Shown here piece by piece: positions 17,123 through 25,203 of a stretch of DNA of 39,649 nt (position 1 is its first letter; every line of letters starts with the position of its first letter). The translations under genes were made by a program, and so were the position numbers. The notes under the pieces are model-generated. The model was not told the DNA's origin, made no database searches, and was given only the letters and a program-made list of their open reading frames with translations. This DNA comes from an uncultured Fidelibacterota bacterium. GTDB taxonomy: Bacteria; Fidelibacterota; Marinisomatia; Marinisomatales; Marinisomataceae. The stretch lies in contig CAJWPX010000001.1 in NCBI GenBank assembly GCA_913045065.1, positions 1-39,649 on the forward strand, read 5' to 3'.

Positions 17123-17461
17123 ATGAGAAAATTATTAACTGTAATATTATTATTTGGAGTAACATTTGCTCAGACTCCTGAAAAAGTATCTCCGGATGTA
17201 TACAACGTCGTTTTTGAAAATGAAAATGTTAAGGTTTTAGAAGTGACTTTTGAGCCGGGTCAAAGCGACAAAATGCATCGTCATAATCGTATGGTCTACT
17301 ATGTAATTGAGGGTAGTACTATGCAAATTACCTCATCTAATGGAACAGTGAATGTTGCAGAGATTAAAGAAGGTTCTTCTGCTCAACAAGATCCTGTTGT
17401 TCATCGGGTAAAAAATATAGGCAAGACCAGAGCAAGGCTTATCGTTGTTGAAGAAAAGTAA
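17123..17461 (+). CDS. secreted small cupin-domain protein
   Basis: The signal peptide is MRKLLTVILLFGVTFA-QT. The region MHRHNRMVYYVIEGS...VHRVKNIG resembles a cupin_2 barrel. The ATG lies 3 nt after the tRNA-Val discriminator base. Confidence 0.6.
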   Translation: MRKLLTVILLFGVTFAQTPEKVSPDVYNVVFENENVKVLEVTFEPGQSDKMHRHNRMVYYVIEGSTMQITSSNGTVNVAEIKEGSSAQQDPVVHRVKNIGKTRARLIVVEEK

Positions 17462-17489
17462 TAATAAAACAAGAGAAAAAATAGAACAA

Positions 17490-17518
17490 GGACTACTGTT
17501 GTTGTAGCCTTTTTTTTT
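17490..17518 (+). terminator. rho-independent terminator
   Basis: An imperfect hairpin GGACTAC...GTAGCC is followed by a T9 run, 29 nt after the cupin stop. Confidence 0.7.
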
Positions 17519-17565
17519 GTAGATTCGAACCCGAAAATTAAATAAACATTAATAAGGAGAATTAT

Positions 17566-18255
17566 TTGAATACTAAAGAAAAGAAAGTTAGAAAGTTTTT
17601 ATCCAAACAAATACAACAGTTAAATAATATAGTGGCTGATTTGGATACAGTGATTACTGATATGGGCACAGAATTTTATAGAGTCAGCATATTCGGTTCA
17701 GCAAGAATAAAGCCAGACACAAAAGAATATAAAGGAGTATATACATTAGCTAAAGAATTGGCAGAAAATGGTGCTGATATAGTTACTGGCGGAGGACCAG
17801 GTTTAATGGAAGCTGCGAATGCAGGCGTCAAAAAAGGTAGTTCATCAAAATCAAAATCATTTGGAATTCGTATTGACCTTCCTTTTGAAGCCACTCCAAA
17901 TGAACATTTAGATATAAAATTTTATCACAAAAGATTTTCTTCTCGTTTAGATGAGTTTATGCGTATAAGTCATGCTGTTGTTGTCACCCCTGGAGGCATC
18001 GGTACTCTTCTTGAATTATTATATACCTGGCAGCTAATTCAAGTAGACCATATTTCAGCAAGACCAATAATTTTAGTTGGTGATATGTGGAACGGTTTTT
18101 TCGACTGGATTAAATCGGAACCATTAAAAGCACAGTTACTTGATAAAGCTGATCTTGATAATATTATCATTGTAAAAAATGTTCACGAAGTGACTAAGTT
18201 GCTCAAGCCAGAGATAAAAGCATTTTATGTAAACAAGTTTAAATCGAAGTCTTAA
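17566..18255 (+). CDS. LOG/TIGR00730-family Rossmann-fold nucleotide-binding protein (nucleotide 5'-monophosphate nucleosidase-like)
   Basis: GGGPGLMEAAN and PGGIGTLLEL signature motifs are present. The TTG start lies 5 nt downstream of AAGGAGA. Confidence 0.8.
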   Translation: MNTKEKKVRKFLSKQIQQLNNIVADLDTVITDMGTEFYRVSIFGSARIKPDTKEYKGVYTLAKELAENGADIVTGGGPGLMEAANAGVKKGSSSKSKSFGIRIDLPFEATPNEHLDIKFYHKRFSSRLDEFMRISHAVVVTPGGIGTLLELLYTWQLIQVDHISARPIILVGDMWNGFFDWIKSEPLKAQLLDKADLDNIIIVKNVHEVTKLLKPEIKAFYVNKFKSKS

Positions 18256-19373
18256 ACAAATTTATAAACATATTCTCCTATTGATAAACAAGAAGTCAAC
18301 CCTGGAGAATCAATTCCAATCAAATTGATAAGATTAGGATATCCATTTTCTGATTCTTCTTGAATATAGAAATCAGAAAACTGATTGGAAGAATAAAAGA
18401 GTTTTGGTCTTACCCCAGCATAATCAGGATGTAAATCGGTTATATCTAAGTCTTTAATATAGTTTTTTGCAAGAGCATAGAATTTTTTCTTTGATTGGAC
18501 ATCAACCGAATAATCCCATGCATCATCTTCAACATGTTCATAATCTGGACCCAATTTCGATTTTCCTGTAGAATCAAACCCTACATGTACGCCAAGCGAG
18601 TCATTATCAGAGGGAAGAGAGTATATTAATCGATTAAACTTGTTTGTCCATTGCGGGGATAATGAAAAATAAGAACCCTTGTAAAATTGCATAGTTGGTA
18701 TTTGTAGTGCTTCGCCCATAATGTGATGTGCAATCTTGTAGCTTTGGAGTCCAGCAGCATTAATAATAACTCTAGATTTGATGTGTTCGATTTCTTGATG
18801 TTTTCTCTGAATTGTTAAGTGATACTGTTCATTTTCTTTTGTTATTTCTACTGGAGTACTGCCAAAGATATATGTATGGTGGTTGCTGGATATACGATAC
18901 AACTGATTCATTAGTCCATGTGAGTCAACTATCCCAGAATTGTTAATCAATATTGATTGATCTGAGAGAATGGAAGGTTCAAGTTTTTGTGTTTGTTGGG
19001 AGTTTAAAATGTCAAAATTAAATTCTTTTTCTTCTAATGTGTGTACAAAATTTTCAAAATTATTCTGTTCATGTTTTCCAGAAACAATCATCTTCCCACA
19101 TTGGTTTACCCATACCTTATTCTGGTCACAAAAATCATATAAGAGCTTTTCTCCTTTTACACAAAATTGATACTTTATACTGTCGATATGATTAAAGATT
19201 CCTGAATGGATAACTTCACTGTTTCTGCTGGATGTTTCTTGTCCAAAAGATTCATTTTTCTCAATCACTAATACGGACAATTTTCCTTGTTCAGCCAGTG
19301 TTTTTGCAATGGATAATCCGACTACTCCAGCTCCGATAATCGTAATATCAAATTCAATATGTTTTTGTGCCAC
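18252..19373 (-). CDS. FAD-dependent oxidoreductase, L-2-hydroxyglutarate oxidase/dehydrogenase-like (DAO family)
   Basis: N-terminal dinucleotide fold ITIIGAGVVGLSIAKTLAE, then SSRNSEVIHSGIF and C-terminal GIDSPGLTS. As far as I recall, it resembles LhgO/L2HGDH. Confidence 0.7.
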   Translation of the reverse strand: MAQKHIEFDITIIGAGVVGLSIAKTLAEQGKLSVLVIEKNESFGQETSSRNSEVIHSGIFNHIDSIKYQFCVKGEKLLYDFCDQNKVWVNQCGKMIVSGKHEQNNFENFVHTLEEKEFNFDILNSQQTQKLEPSILSDQSILINNSGIVDSHGLMNQLYRISSNHHTYIFGSTPVEITKENEQYHLTIQRKHQEIEHIKSRVIINAAGLQSYKIAHHIMGEALQIPTMQFYKGSYFSLSPQWTNKFNRLIYSLPSDNDSLGVHVGFDSTGKSKLGPDYEHVEDDAWDYSVDVQSKKKFYALAKNYIKDLDITDLHPDYAGVRPKLFYSSNQFSDFYIQEESENGYPNLINLIGIDSPGLTSCLSIGEYVYKFV

Positions 19374-19420
19374 TTATAAATCCCTTATTAGTGATAAATT
19401 TATTAATTTTTGTAACTTAT

Positions 19421-20728
19421 ATGAAACTAGAAGATTTAGTAAAACTCATTCCTTCTGAATCGATTCTTAGGGCAATCCGATCTTCTTTGATGACACGGTT
19501 TGCCGATCTTAGTCTGCGAGATAAAAAAAGAAAAGAATTTGAATTACGAAGAAAACAACGGGTTGAGCCTCATAGAGTGTTATTTTTCTTTCAATCCAAT
19601 GATCCGTATTCAACCTTAGCAGCACAATTTCTCCATCAAATACAAGCCTCGTATGCTGTCAAATTAGAAATTCATTTGGTGGGAGAAGAAGGGTATGATG
19701 CACTTCCAGAACCTGAAATGTATCGGAAATATGTGTTTAGCGATGTGCAAAAAATCGCTCCATACTACGGAATTGACTTTTCCAACACACATATTCCTTC
19801 TGAAGAGGAAAAAAATCGTTTTTTGAGCCATTTATGTAGCTTAAATCAAGAGGAATTAATCCAGCAGCTTCCTAGCATAAGTTTGGAATTCTGGAAAGGA
19901 CAATTTTCAGGAAATACCTCGTCTGACACAATCATTAAAGATACTATAGAACAAGGCAACCAAAAACGCGATGAATGTGGCCATTATTTAGGCGCAATCT
20001 TCCACTACGGAGGGGAAAATTATTGGGGCATTGATCGTATTAATTTTTTATTAGAACGATTAGAAACATTGGGAGCAAATAAAGGCACATCATTGCGTGT
20101 CAATCCAGCATTGAATCCTCATCCAAGTCGCCAGTTGTCCGACGTAAAACTTGAAATCTTTTTCTCGGCAAATAGTCCGTATACTTATTTGGCATTTAAT
20201 CGCGTCAAAGAGTTAGGAAAAACCTACGGAATTCCCGTCATAGTAAGGCCTATTATGCCAATGTTGATGCGTAAAATGGACATATCACGAAGGAAAGGAT
20301 TTTATATCCTTTCGGATTCTGCACGCGTTGCTGAAAAACTAGAAATTCCCTTTGGAAAAGTTAAAACCCCAATTGGGTATCCTTTACGAAGAATTTATTC
20401 GTTATTTCCATATGTGAATTCCCATGATAAAGGATTTGATTACTTATACAAGTGTATGGAAGCAATTTTTGCAACAGGAACCCAGGTGGGATCAAAAGAA
20501 TTCTTACGACAATTATTAACCGATTTGGGGTTGGATGCTGATGAAGGATTTAAACATTTAGATGCAACCGATTGGGAAGCGGGGTTTGAGAAGAATCGAT
20601 TGGATATGTATAAAGTGAATTGTTGGGGAGCTCCTACCTTTAAATTGTTTCACAAAAATAACAATATTTTATCCATATGGGGGCAAGATCGTATTTGGTT
20701 GGTTGAAGAAGAATTAAAGAAGTTGTAG
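19421..20728 (+). CDS. tandem DsbA-like thioredoxin-fold protein (2-hydroxychromene-2-carboxylate isomerase / kappa-GST-like, two domains)
   Basis: There are two repeats of the HCCA-isomerase-type start, VLFFFQSNDPYSTLA and LEIFFSANSPYTYLAF, with no CxxC. I chose the ATG at 19421 because the track start at 19367 would overlap the divergent gene. Confidence 0.6.
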   Translation: MKLEDLVKLIPSESILRAIRSSLMTRFADLSLRDKKRKEFELRRKQRVEPHRVLFFFQSNDPYSTLAAQFLHQIQASYAVKLEIHLVGEEGYDALPEPEMYRKYVFSDVQKIAPYYGIDFSNTHIPSEEEKNRFLSHLCSLNQEELIQQLPSISLEFWKGQFSGNTSSDTIIKDTIEQGNQKRDECGHYLGAIFHYGGENYWGIDRINFLLERLETLGANKGTSLRVNPALNPHPSRQLSDVKLEIFFSANSPYTYLAFNRVKELGKTYGIPVIVRPIMPMLMRKMDISRRKGFYILSDSARVAEKLEIPFGKVKTPIGYPLRRIYSLFPYVNSHDKGFDYLYKCMEAIFATGTQVGSKEFLRQLLTDLGLDADEGFKHLDATDWEAGFEKNRLDMYKVNCWGAPTFKLFHKNNNILSIWGQDRIWLVEEELKKL

Positions 20729-20758
20729 ATTAAGATAATAAAGAAAGGGGATTTCATA

Positions 20759-21418
20759 ATGAATTTGAACGAACTAAATAATAGGCTAGACAAATTTCAC
20801 CTATTAAATCATCCGTTTTATGTCGCATGGGAACAAGGAGAATTAACTCAAGAAATACTGCAAGATTATGCAGAACAGTATTACCAACATATTAAAGCAT
20901 TCCCTCGGTACATTAGTGCGACTCATTCTATGTGCGAAGATATCGAAAAAAGAAAAATACTTTTGGATAATTTAAGCGATGAAGAAGATCTTAATAAAGA
21001 TCATCCAATGCTTTGGAAACAGTTTGCGTTGGCAGCAGGTGCAGATGAGAGCAATTTAGATTTAGTAAAACAAGAAGATTTTACTTCAAATCTGATTGAA
21101 AATTTCTTTCGTTTATCGCGTTCTTCTTATGCAGAAGGACTTGGTGCATTGTATGCGTATGAACGCCAAGTACCTGAAATTGCTGAGACCAAAATTAAAG
21201 GACTGATTGATCATTATAATATTTCAACAAATCAAGGGTTAGAATATTTTGTTGTGCATAAAGATGCTGATGTGTTGCATCGTGAACAGAGTGAACAACT
21301 GATGTTACAACTCAATGAAGAAGAACAAATTCTTGCCAAAGAAGCTGCATTATCTACTGTGCATATGTTGTGGAGTTTTTTATCTGGTCTTTGTGATAAA
21401 CATAACATTAAGAATTAA
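20759..21418 (+). CDS. heme-oxygenase-like diiron enzyme of the CADD/PqqC family (candidate CADD-type p-aminobenzoate synthase)
   Basis: HPFYVAWEQGELTQEILQDYAEQYYQHIKAFPRYIS...LLDNLSDEE...HPMLWKQFALAAG...YAYERQVPEIAE...HKDADVLHRE closely parallels the Chlamydia CT610 (CADD) sequence as I recall it. The SD AAAGGGGA lies upstream. Confidence 0.7.
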   Translation: MNLNELNNRLDKFHLLNHPFYVAWEQGELTQEILQDYAEQYYQHIKAFPRYISATHSMCEDIEKRKILLDNLSDEEDLNKDHPMLWKQFALAAGADESNLDLVKQEDFTSNLIENFFRLSRSSYAEGLGALYAYERQVPEIAETKIKGLIDHYNISTNQGLEYFVVHKDADVLHREQSEQLMLQLNEEEQILAKEAALSTVHMLWSFLSGLCDKHNIKN

Positions 21419-21441
21419 ACATTGTTTTAATTCAAACCAAA

Positions 21442-22107
21442 TTGAAAATACAAAATAAGATTCGACAACATTTCTACTCTGAAAGAGAAGAGAAGATTAA
21501 CATATTAAGCCATGGATTTGGATTAATTCTAAGTATCATTGGGTTTGTGTTTCTATTATTGCGTGCATTAGAGAATGGAAATTCAATTTATATTTTTAGT
21601 CTTACTGTTTTTGGCCTAAGTCTAATATTATTGTATACTGCTTCAACTTTGTATCATAGCACACAAGAACCTGTTGCACGTAATCGCTATAGAATGCTAG
21701 ATATGGCTGCGATTTATGTGTTAATTGCAGGTTCCTATACGCCTTATGCTCTTGTAATGCTTAAAGGAACTGAAGGATGGAAGTTGTTTGGAATTATATG
21801 GTCAATTGCCTTTGTAGGAATAATCTGGAAAATTTTTACAACAGGAAAATATAACGTCATCTCCACCTTGTTTTATCTGTTTATGGGGTATTTATGTCTT
21901 TTTTATATTAATCCATTATTAGCGAAATTGCCTTACGAAGGTTTGATGTGGTTGATTAGCGGTGGTGCGGCATATACAATCGGGGTATTTTTCTATGCTA
22001 TGGATGACAAGATTCCATACAATCATGCCATATGGCATGCCTGTGTATTATTTGGAAGTTTCAGTCATTTTATATCGATATTTTTCTACGTATTACCATC
22101 ATCATAG
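21442..22107 (+). CDS. hemolysin III / PAQR-family 7-TM protein
   Basis: There are seven hydrophobic segments. The family pattern is EEKINILSHGFG...LYHS...D..AIY.LIAGSYTP...HAIWH. The start codon is TTG. Confidence 0.8.
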   Translation: MKIQNKIRQHFYSEREEKINILSHGFGLILSIIGFVFLLLRALENGNSIYIFSLTVFGLSLILLYTASTLYHSTQEPVARNRYRMLDMAAIYVLIAGSYTPYALVMLKGTEGWKLFGIIWSIAFVGIIWKIFTTGKYNVISTLFYLFMGYLCLFYINPLLAKLPYEGLMWLISGGAAYTIGVFFYAMDDKIPYNHAIWHACVLFGSFSHFISIFFYVLPSS

Positions 22108-22156
22108 ATATTGCTTTGAAGTTTAATCTGTTTTCCCTATTATAGCGCCAATATTT

Positions 22157-22684
22157 ATGAATATAGAAGATATTAAAAAGACGATTACAATAGTTCATGA
22201 CTACCCAATTCCTGGAATTATTTTTAGGGATATTACAACTCTGTTAGAAGATCCTGAAGCATTTAAAGCAACTGTAGATATTATGGTAGAAAATGTTTCC
22301 GATTTGTCATTTGATAAAATTGTTGGAGTTGAATCAAGAGGATTTTTTTGGGCAGCTCCAATTGCTTATGCATTATCAAAACCTTTTGTATTGGCACGTA
22401 AACCTGGAAAATTGCCACGCAGAACAGTAAGCAAGCCGTTTACCTTAGAATATGGTACCAATAGTGTTCATATTCATGCTGATTCAGTCCACAAAGGAGA
22501 TACTATTTTAATTGTTGATGATTTGATTGCTACGGGCGGTACAGCTATTGCAACCGCTGATTTGTGCCAAGAGTTAGGCGCAACTACTATCCATACACTT
22601 TCTTTAATAGATTTACCAGAGTTAGGTGGATCAAAGAAAATAGCAGATAAGTATGGTGAAGTTCGAACCTTGATTGATTACTAG
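22157..22684 (+). CDS. apt: adenine phosphoribosyltransferase
   Basis: PGIIFRDITTLL, GVESRGF and the PRPP loop ILIVDDLIATGGTAIA are present, and the 175 aa length is typical. Confidence 0.9.
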   Translation: MNIEDIKKTITIVHDYPIPGIIFRDITTLLEDPEAFKATVDIMVENVSDLSFDKIVGVESRGFFWAAPIAYALSKPFVLARKPGKLPRRTVSKPFTLEYGTNSVHIHADSVHKGDTILIVDDLIATGGTAIATADLCQELGATTIHTLSLIDLPELGGSKKIADKYGEVRTLIDY

Positions 22685-24396
22685 TCTTTATCAAACATCG
22701 AAAAGAATTGCGCAAATTTTAGTTTACTTCCATCAATAACTAAATCTCCACTTGATATTTCTTTTTTTGCATCGGTAAGACCAACAGAAATTCTTTTCCA
22801 AGTCGATGTATTTACTGTCGCTATTGCAACAGGATTGTTAGGGATAGTATGCGTAACCTCAATAATATTATTTCTTAGAATCATTCCAAATGTTTTTTCT
22901 GTATCAGACATGACAAAACCAACTGCCATAGATTTTCCATCTGCTTTTTTAGGATCAAGCCTTGGAGGCATGGCTCTAAAAAATATTTCAATTGGAAGTC
23001 TTTCGACTTGTCCTTCTGATGCAGTGTATCCTAGCATGGGGGTGATGAGCCCCATTATTTCATATGCTTCGGAGAGATACCAATTTCGAGCGATAGGATT
23101 GGTTTCTTTTTTTCCCAAAGTTATTAGAGTATTTCCATATAATTCTTTAATGGTATTATCATTAGGAAAATTAGAAATACCAATTTCACATAGTTCTGCT
23201 GCCCATTGAAAATCCCCCTCATCATTCGCTTCGTTGACTAATTGAATTAATGCTTCTTTAGAGCCAATAACATTTAACAATCTCTTATTACGTTGTTTAG
23301 CAGATAACGGTTCAAGATTGATTGCTTTACCATCAAAAAATCCAAGATATCCATTGTATACATTGCGAATGCTCCAACTTACTTTTCCATATTTTTCTTG
23401 TAAATCAAAGCTGTCTTTAAAGAACGCAGGGTACTCAAATTCTTCTACCAATTCGTCCGGTGTTTTGCCTTGATTGGCTCCTCTTACTGCATAATCATGA
23501 ATATATTGAACAGCATCTCTATAAACAGTTAATCGCTCTTGAACCTCTTCTTTTCCTGACAAATAAGGACCATGACAGCTAATCAAGTATTCTGGATCGT
23601 AGGCACGCATTTCATCGACTGATTTATACCACTTATAAGTATCGCGATAGGAGGTACCACGAATGGTATATAAATTAGGAAAACGCATGTAATAATTATC
23701 ACCAGAAATCACCACCTCTTTGTCGGGATAATACAGAATAATCTGATCATCTGTTTCTCCGGGAGTATGGCTTATTTCTAAGGTGATACCAGCAACATTC
23801 ACCGTATTTAATTTTCCTTGCAGTAGATTTGTTGGATACATAATCGGAGGTTGTATAAAGTCCCAACCAAAAGCAAGTCCTAGTCCATGACCCCATTGTT
23901 GAACCCCTTCTGGAAGAAAAAATCCAAATTGTTTCATTCCTCTTTTTGTTATAATAGGTCGTAATAAATTCATTGAGTCATAAAACCCTTTTTCAAAGGT
24001 TTCATGCGCATACACTTTGGTTCCTTCTTGAAAAAATGCTTCGGCACCTCTCCAGTGATCTGGATGGGAATGGGTATAAAAAATTGCTTTAATTGGTTGA
24101 TCAGATATTTTTTGAAACTCTTCAAAAATTTTACGTGCTGTATCATGGCTTTCGGTTGTATCAATAATAATATTTCCTCCATCACCAACAATAAGGATAG
24201 AATTTGCTAAAGCATATCCAATGGCTACATATACATTATCTACAACTTGATAGATGCCTTCTTCAACATGAAATTCATCCACTATTTGAATTTTTTTATC
24301 AAATTCACGAGCTGGTAATTGTATTTTTTCTTCTTCTTTAGAACAACCAATTACAAGGATAAAAAAGAGGATCGGAATAAATAATTTTTTTAGCAT
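22681..24396 (-). CDS. MBL-fold alkyl/aryl-sulfatase (SdsA1-like, type III sulfatase) lipoprotein
   Basis: The metallo-beta-lactamase motif YTHSHPDHWRG is followed by a dimerisation-like helical region and a C-terminal SCP2-like region. I chose Met44 of the track ORF because it gives the signal peptide MLKKLFIPILFFILVIGC with a lipobox. Confidence 0.8.
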   Translation of the reverse strand: MLKKLFIPILFFILVIGCSKEEEKIQLPAREFDKKIQIVDEFHVEEGIYQVVDNVYVAIGYALANSILIVGDGGNIIIDTTESHDTARKIFEEFQKISDQPIKAIFYTHSHPDHWRGAEAFFQEGTKVYAHETFEKGFYDSMNLLRPIITKRGMKQFGFFLPEGVQQWGHGLGLAFGWDFIQPPIMYPTNLLQGKLNTVNVAGITLEISHTPGETDDQIILYYPDKEVVISGDNYYMRFPNLYTIRGTSYRDTYKWYKSVDEMRAYDPEYLISCHGPYLSGKEEVQERLTVYRDAVQYIHDYAVRGANQGKTPDELVEEFEYPAFFKDSFDLQEKYGKVSWSIRNVYNGYLGFFDGKAINLEPLSAKQRNKRLLNVIGSKEALIQLVNEANDEGDFQWAAELCEIGISNFPNDNTIKELYGNTLITLGKKETNPIARNWYLSEAYEIMGLITPMLGYTASEGQVERLPIEIFFRAMPPRLDPKKADGKSMAVGFVMSDTEKTFGMILRNNIIEVTHTIPNNPVAIATVNTSTWKRISVGLTDAKKEISSGDLVIDGSKLKFAQFFSMFDKD

Positions 24397-24448
24397 AGAC
24401 AAATATACATTATAATAAATATAATTTTTAGATAAATTATTCATCAAG

Positions 24449-25135
24449 ATGTTTGCAAAAAATAATCCATATTTAAGAAGCCTTCTAATACAAGTATTGT
24501 TTATCCCATTTTTAGGATTAGCCATTCTTTTCTTTAAAGGGGGAACCGTTAACGACCCAACAACGGTAGGATATTCTTTCTATAAAAATTTCATTAGCGA
24601 ACTTGGAGCTTTTACTGCTCACAATGGGGAATTCAATAATCCTTCGATGTTTTTCTTTATCGCAGCAATGCTTTCAGTTGCGGTAGGATGTTCACTGTTT
24701 TTCTTAGAGGAGAAAAAACTATTCGATTCTACAAAAAATACATTTGTATTTGTCAAGATTGGTACATTATTTGGCATATTAGCTGGTATTTGTTTTGGTT
24801 TGGTTGCAATTCCATTTGATGCTTTTGATATAAGCATCAAAATCCATACCTATAGTGCACAATATGCATTTAGATTTATGTTGTTAGCATTAATGTTTAA
24901 CGGAATTGGCATTGTGTTTGATCCTAAATTTCCTACCTTTTATGGTATTCTAAATTTTTTAGCGGTGTTTCCAGTTGCAAAACATTCTGTTGATATGTAT
25001 TTAAATGATTTTTATCAAGGATCTATTCCAATTGAAGACGTTGTTCTTTCCCAGAAAATTGCTGTGATTGCATTAATATTATGTTTTGTTATTCGCCTCA
25101 TCGCCGCAAAAAGTATATTTAAAAAATTGGCTTGA
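24449..25135 (+). CDS. hypothetical polytopic membrane protein (~6 TM)
   Basis: Hydrophobic segments run throughout. An ISELG motif after TM1 is reminiscent of DUF998-type proteins, which is a weak recollection. It is divergent from the sulfatase gene. Confidence 0.45.
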   Translation: MFAKNNPYLRSLLIQVLFIPFLGLAILFFKGGTVNDPTTVGYSFYKNFISELGAFTAHNGEFNNPSMFFFIAAMLSVAVGCSLFFLEEKKLFDSTKNTFVFVKIGTLFGILAGICFGLVAIPFDAFDISIKIHTYSAQYAFRFMLLALMFNGIGIVFDPKFPTFYGILNFLAVFPVAKHSVDMYLNDFYQGSIPIEDVVLSQKIAVIALILCFVIRLIAAKSIFKKLA

Positions 25136-25203
25136 AAATCTAATACATTATCTAAAAAATTGTCCTTAATATAGATGATATTAAAAACAAGAAAGGTGAA
25201 CCT

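Noticed and set aside
17519-17540. GTAGATTCGAACCCGAAAA, which resembles a tRNA T-loop (TTCGAA) and could be a tRNA fragment or att-site remnant after the terminator
   Set aside because: On either strand the flanks do not form a T-stem (CGGG versus CTAC). There is no acceptor-stem remnant, no integrase and no repeat of the nearby tRNA-Val 3' end. It is probably chance.
19367-19420. Upstream start of the tandem DsbA-like gene, overlapping the divergent FAD oxidoreductase start
   Set aside because: It would make the two divergent genes overlap at their 5' ends. The ATG at 19421 (MKLEDLVK...) is more plausible.
22835-23209. 124-aa ORF antisense to the sulfatase gene. Similar ORFs lie at 23970..24191, 24004..24210, 24619..24840, 25152..25370, 25256..25519, 25682..25894, 26019..26456, 26865..27047, 27146..27331, 27339..27785, 29427..29609, 30160..30348, 30691..30885, 31101..31352, 33036..33251, 36679..36918 and 37863..38204.
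   Set aside because: These are shadow ORFs overlapping well-supported genes. In addition, 37863..38204 runs through a terminator and into the tRNA-Leu gene. There is no independent evidence of coding.
24397-24525. 43-codon N-terminal extension of the sulfatase ORF (MANPKNGINN...)
   Set aside because: The internal Met at 24396 gives a textbook lipoprotein signal peptide. The extension would also overlap the divergent 24449..25135 gene and its promoter region.
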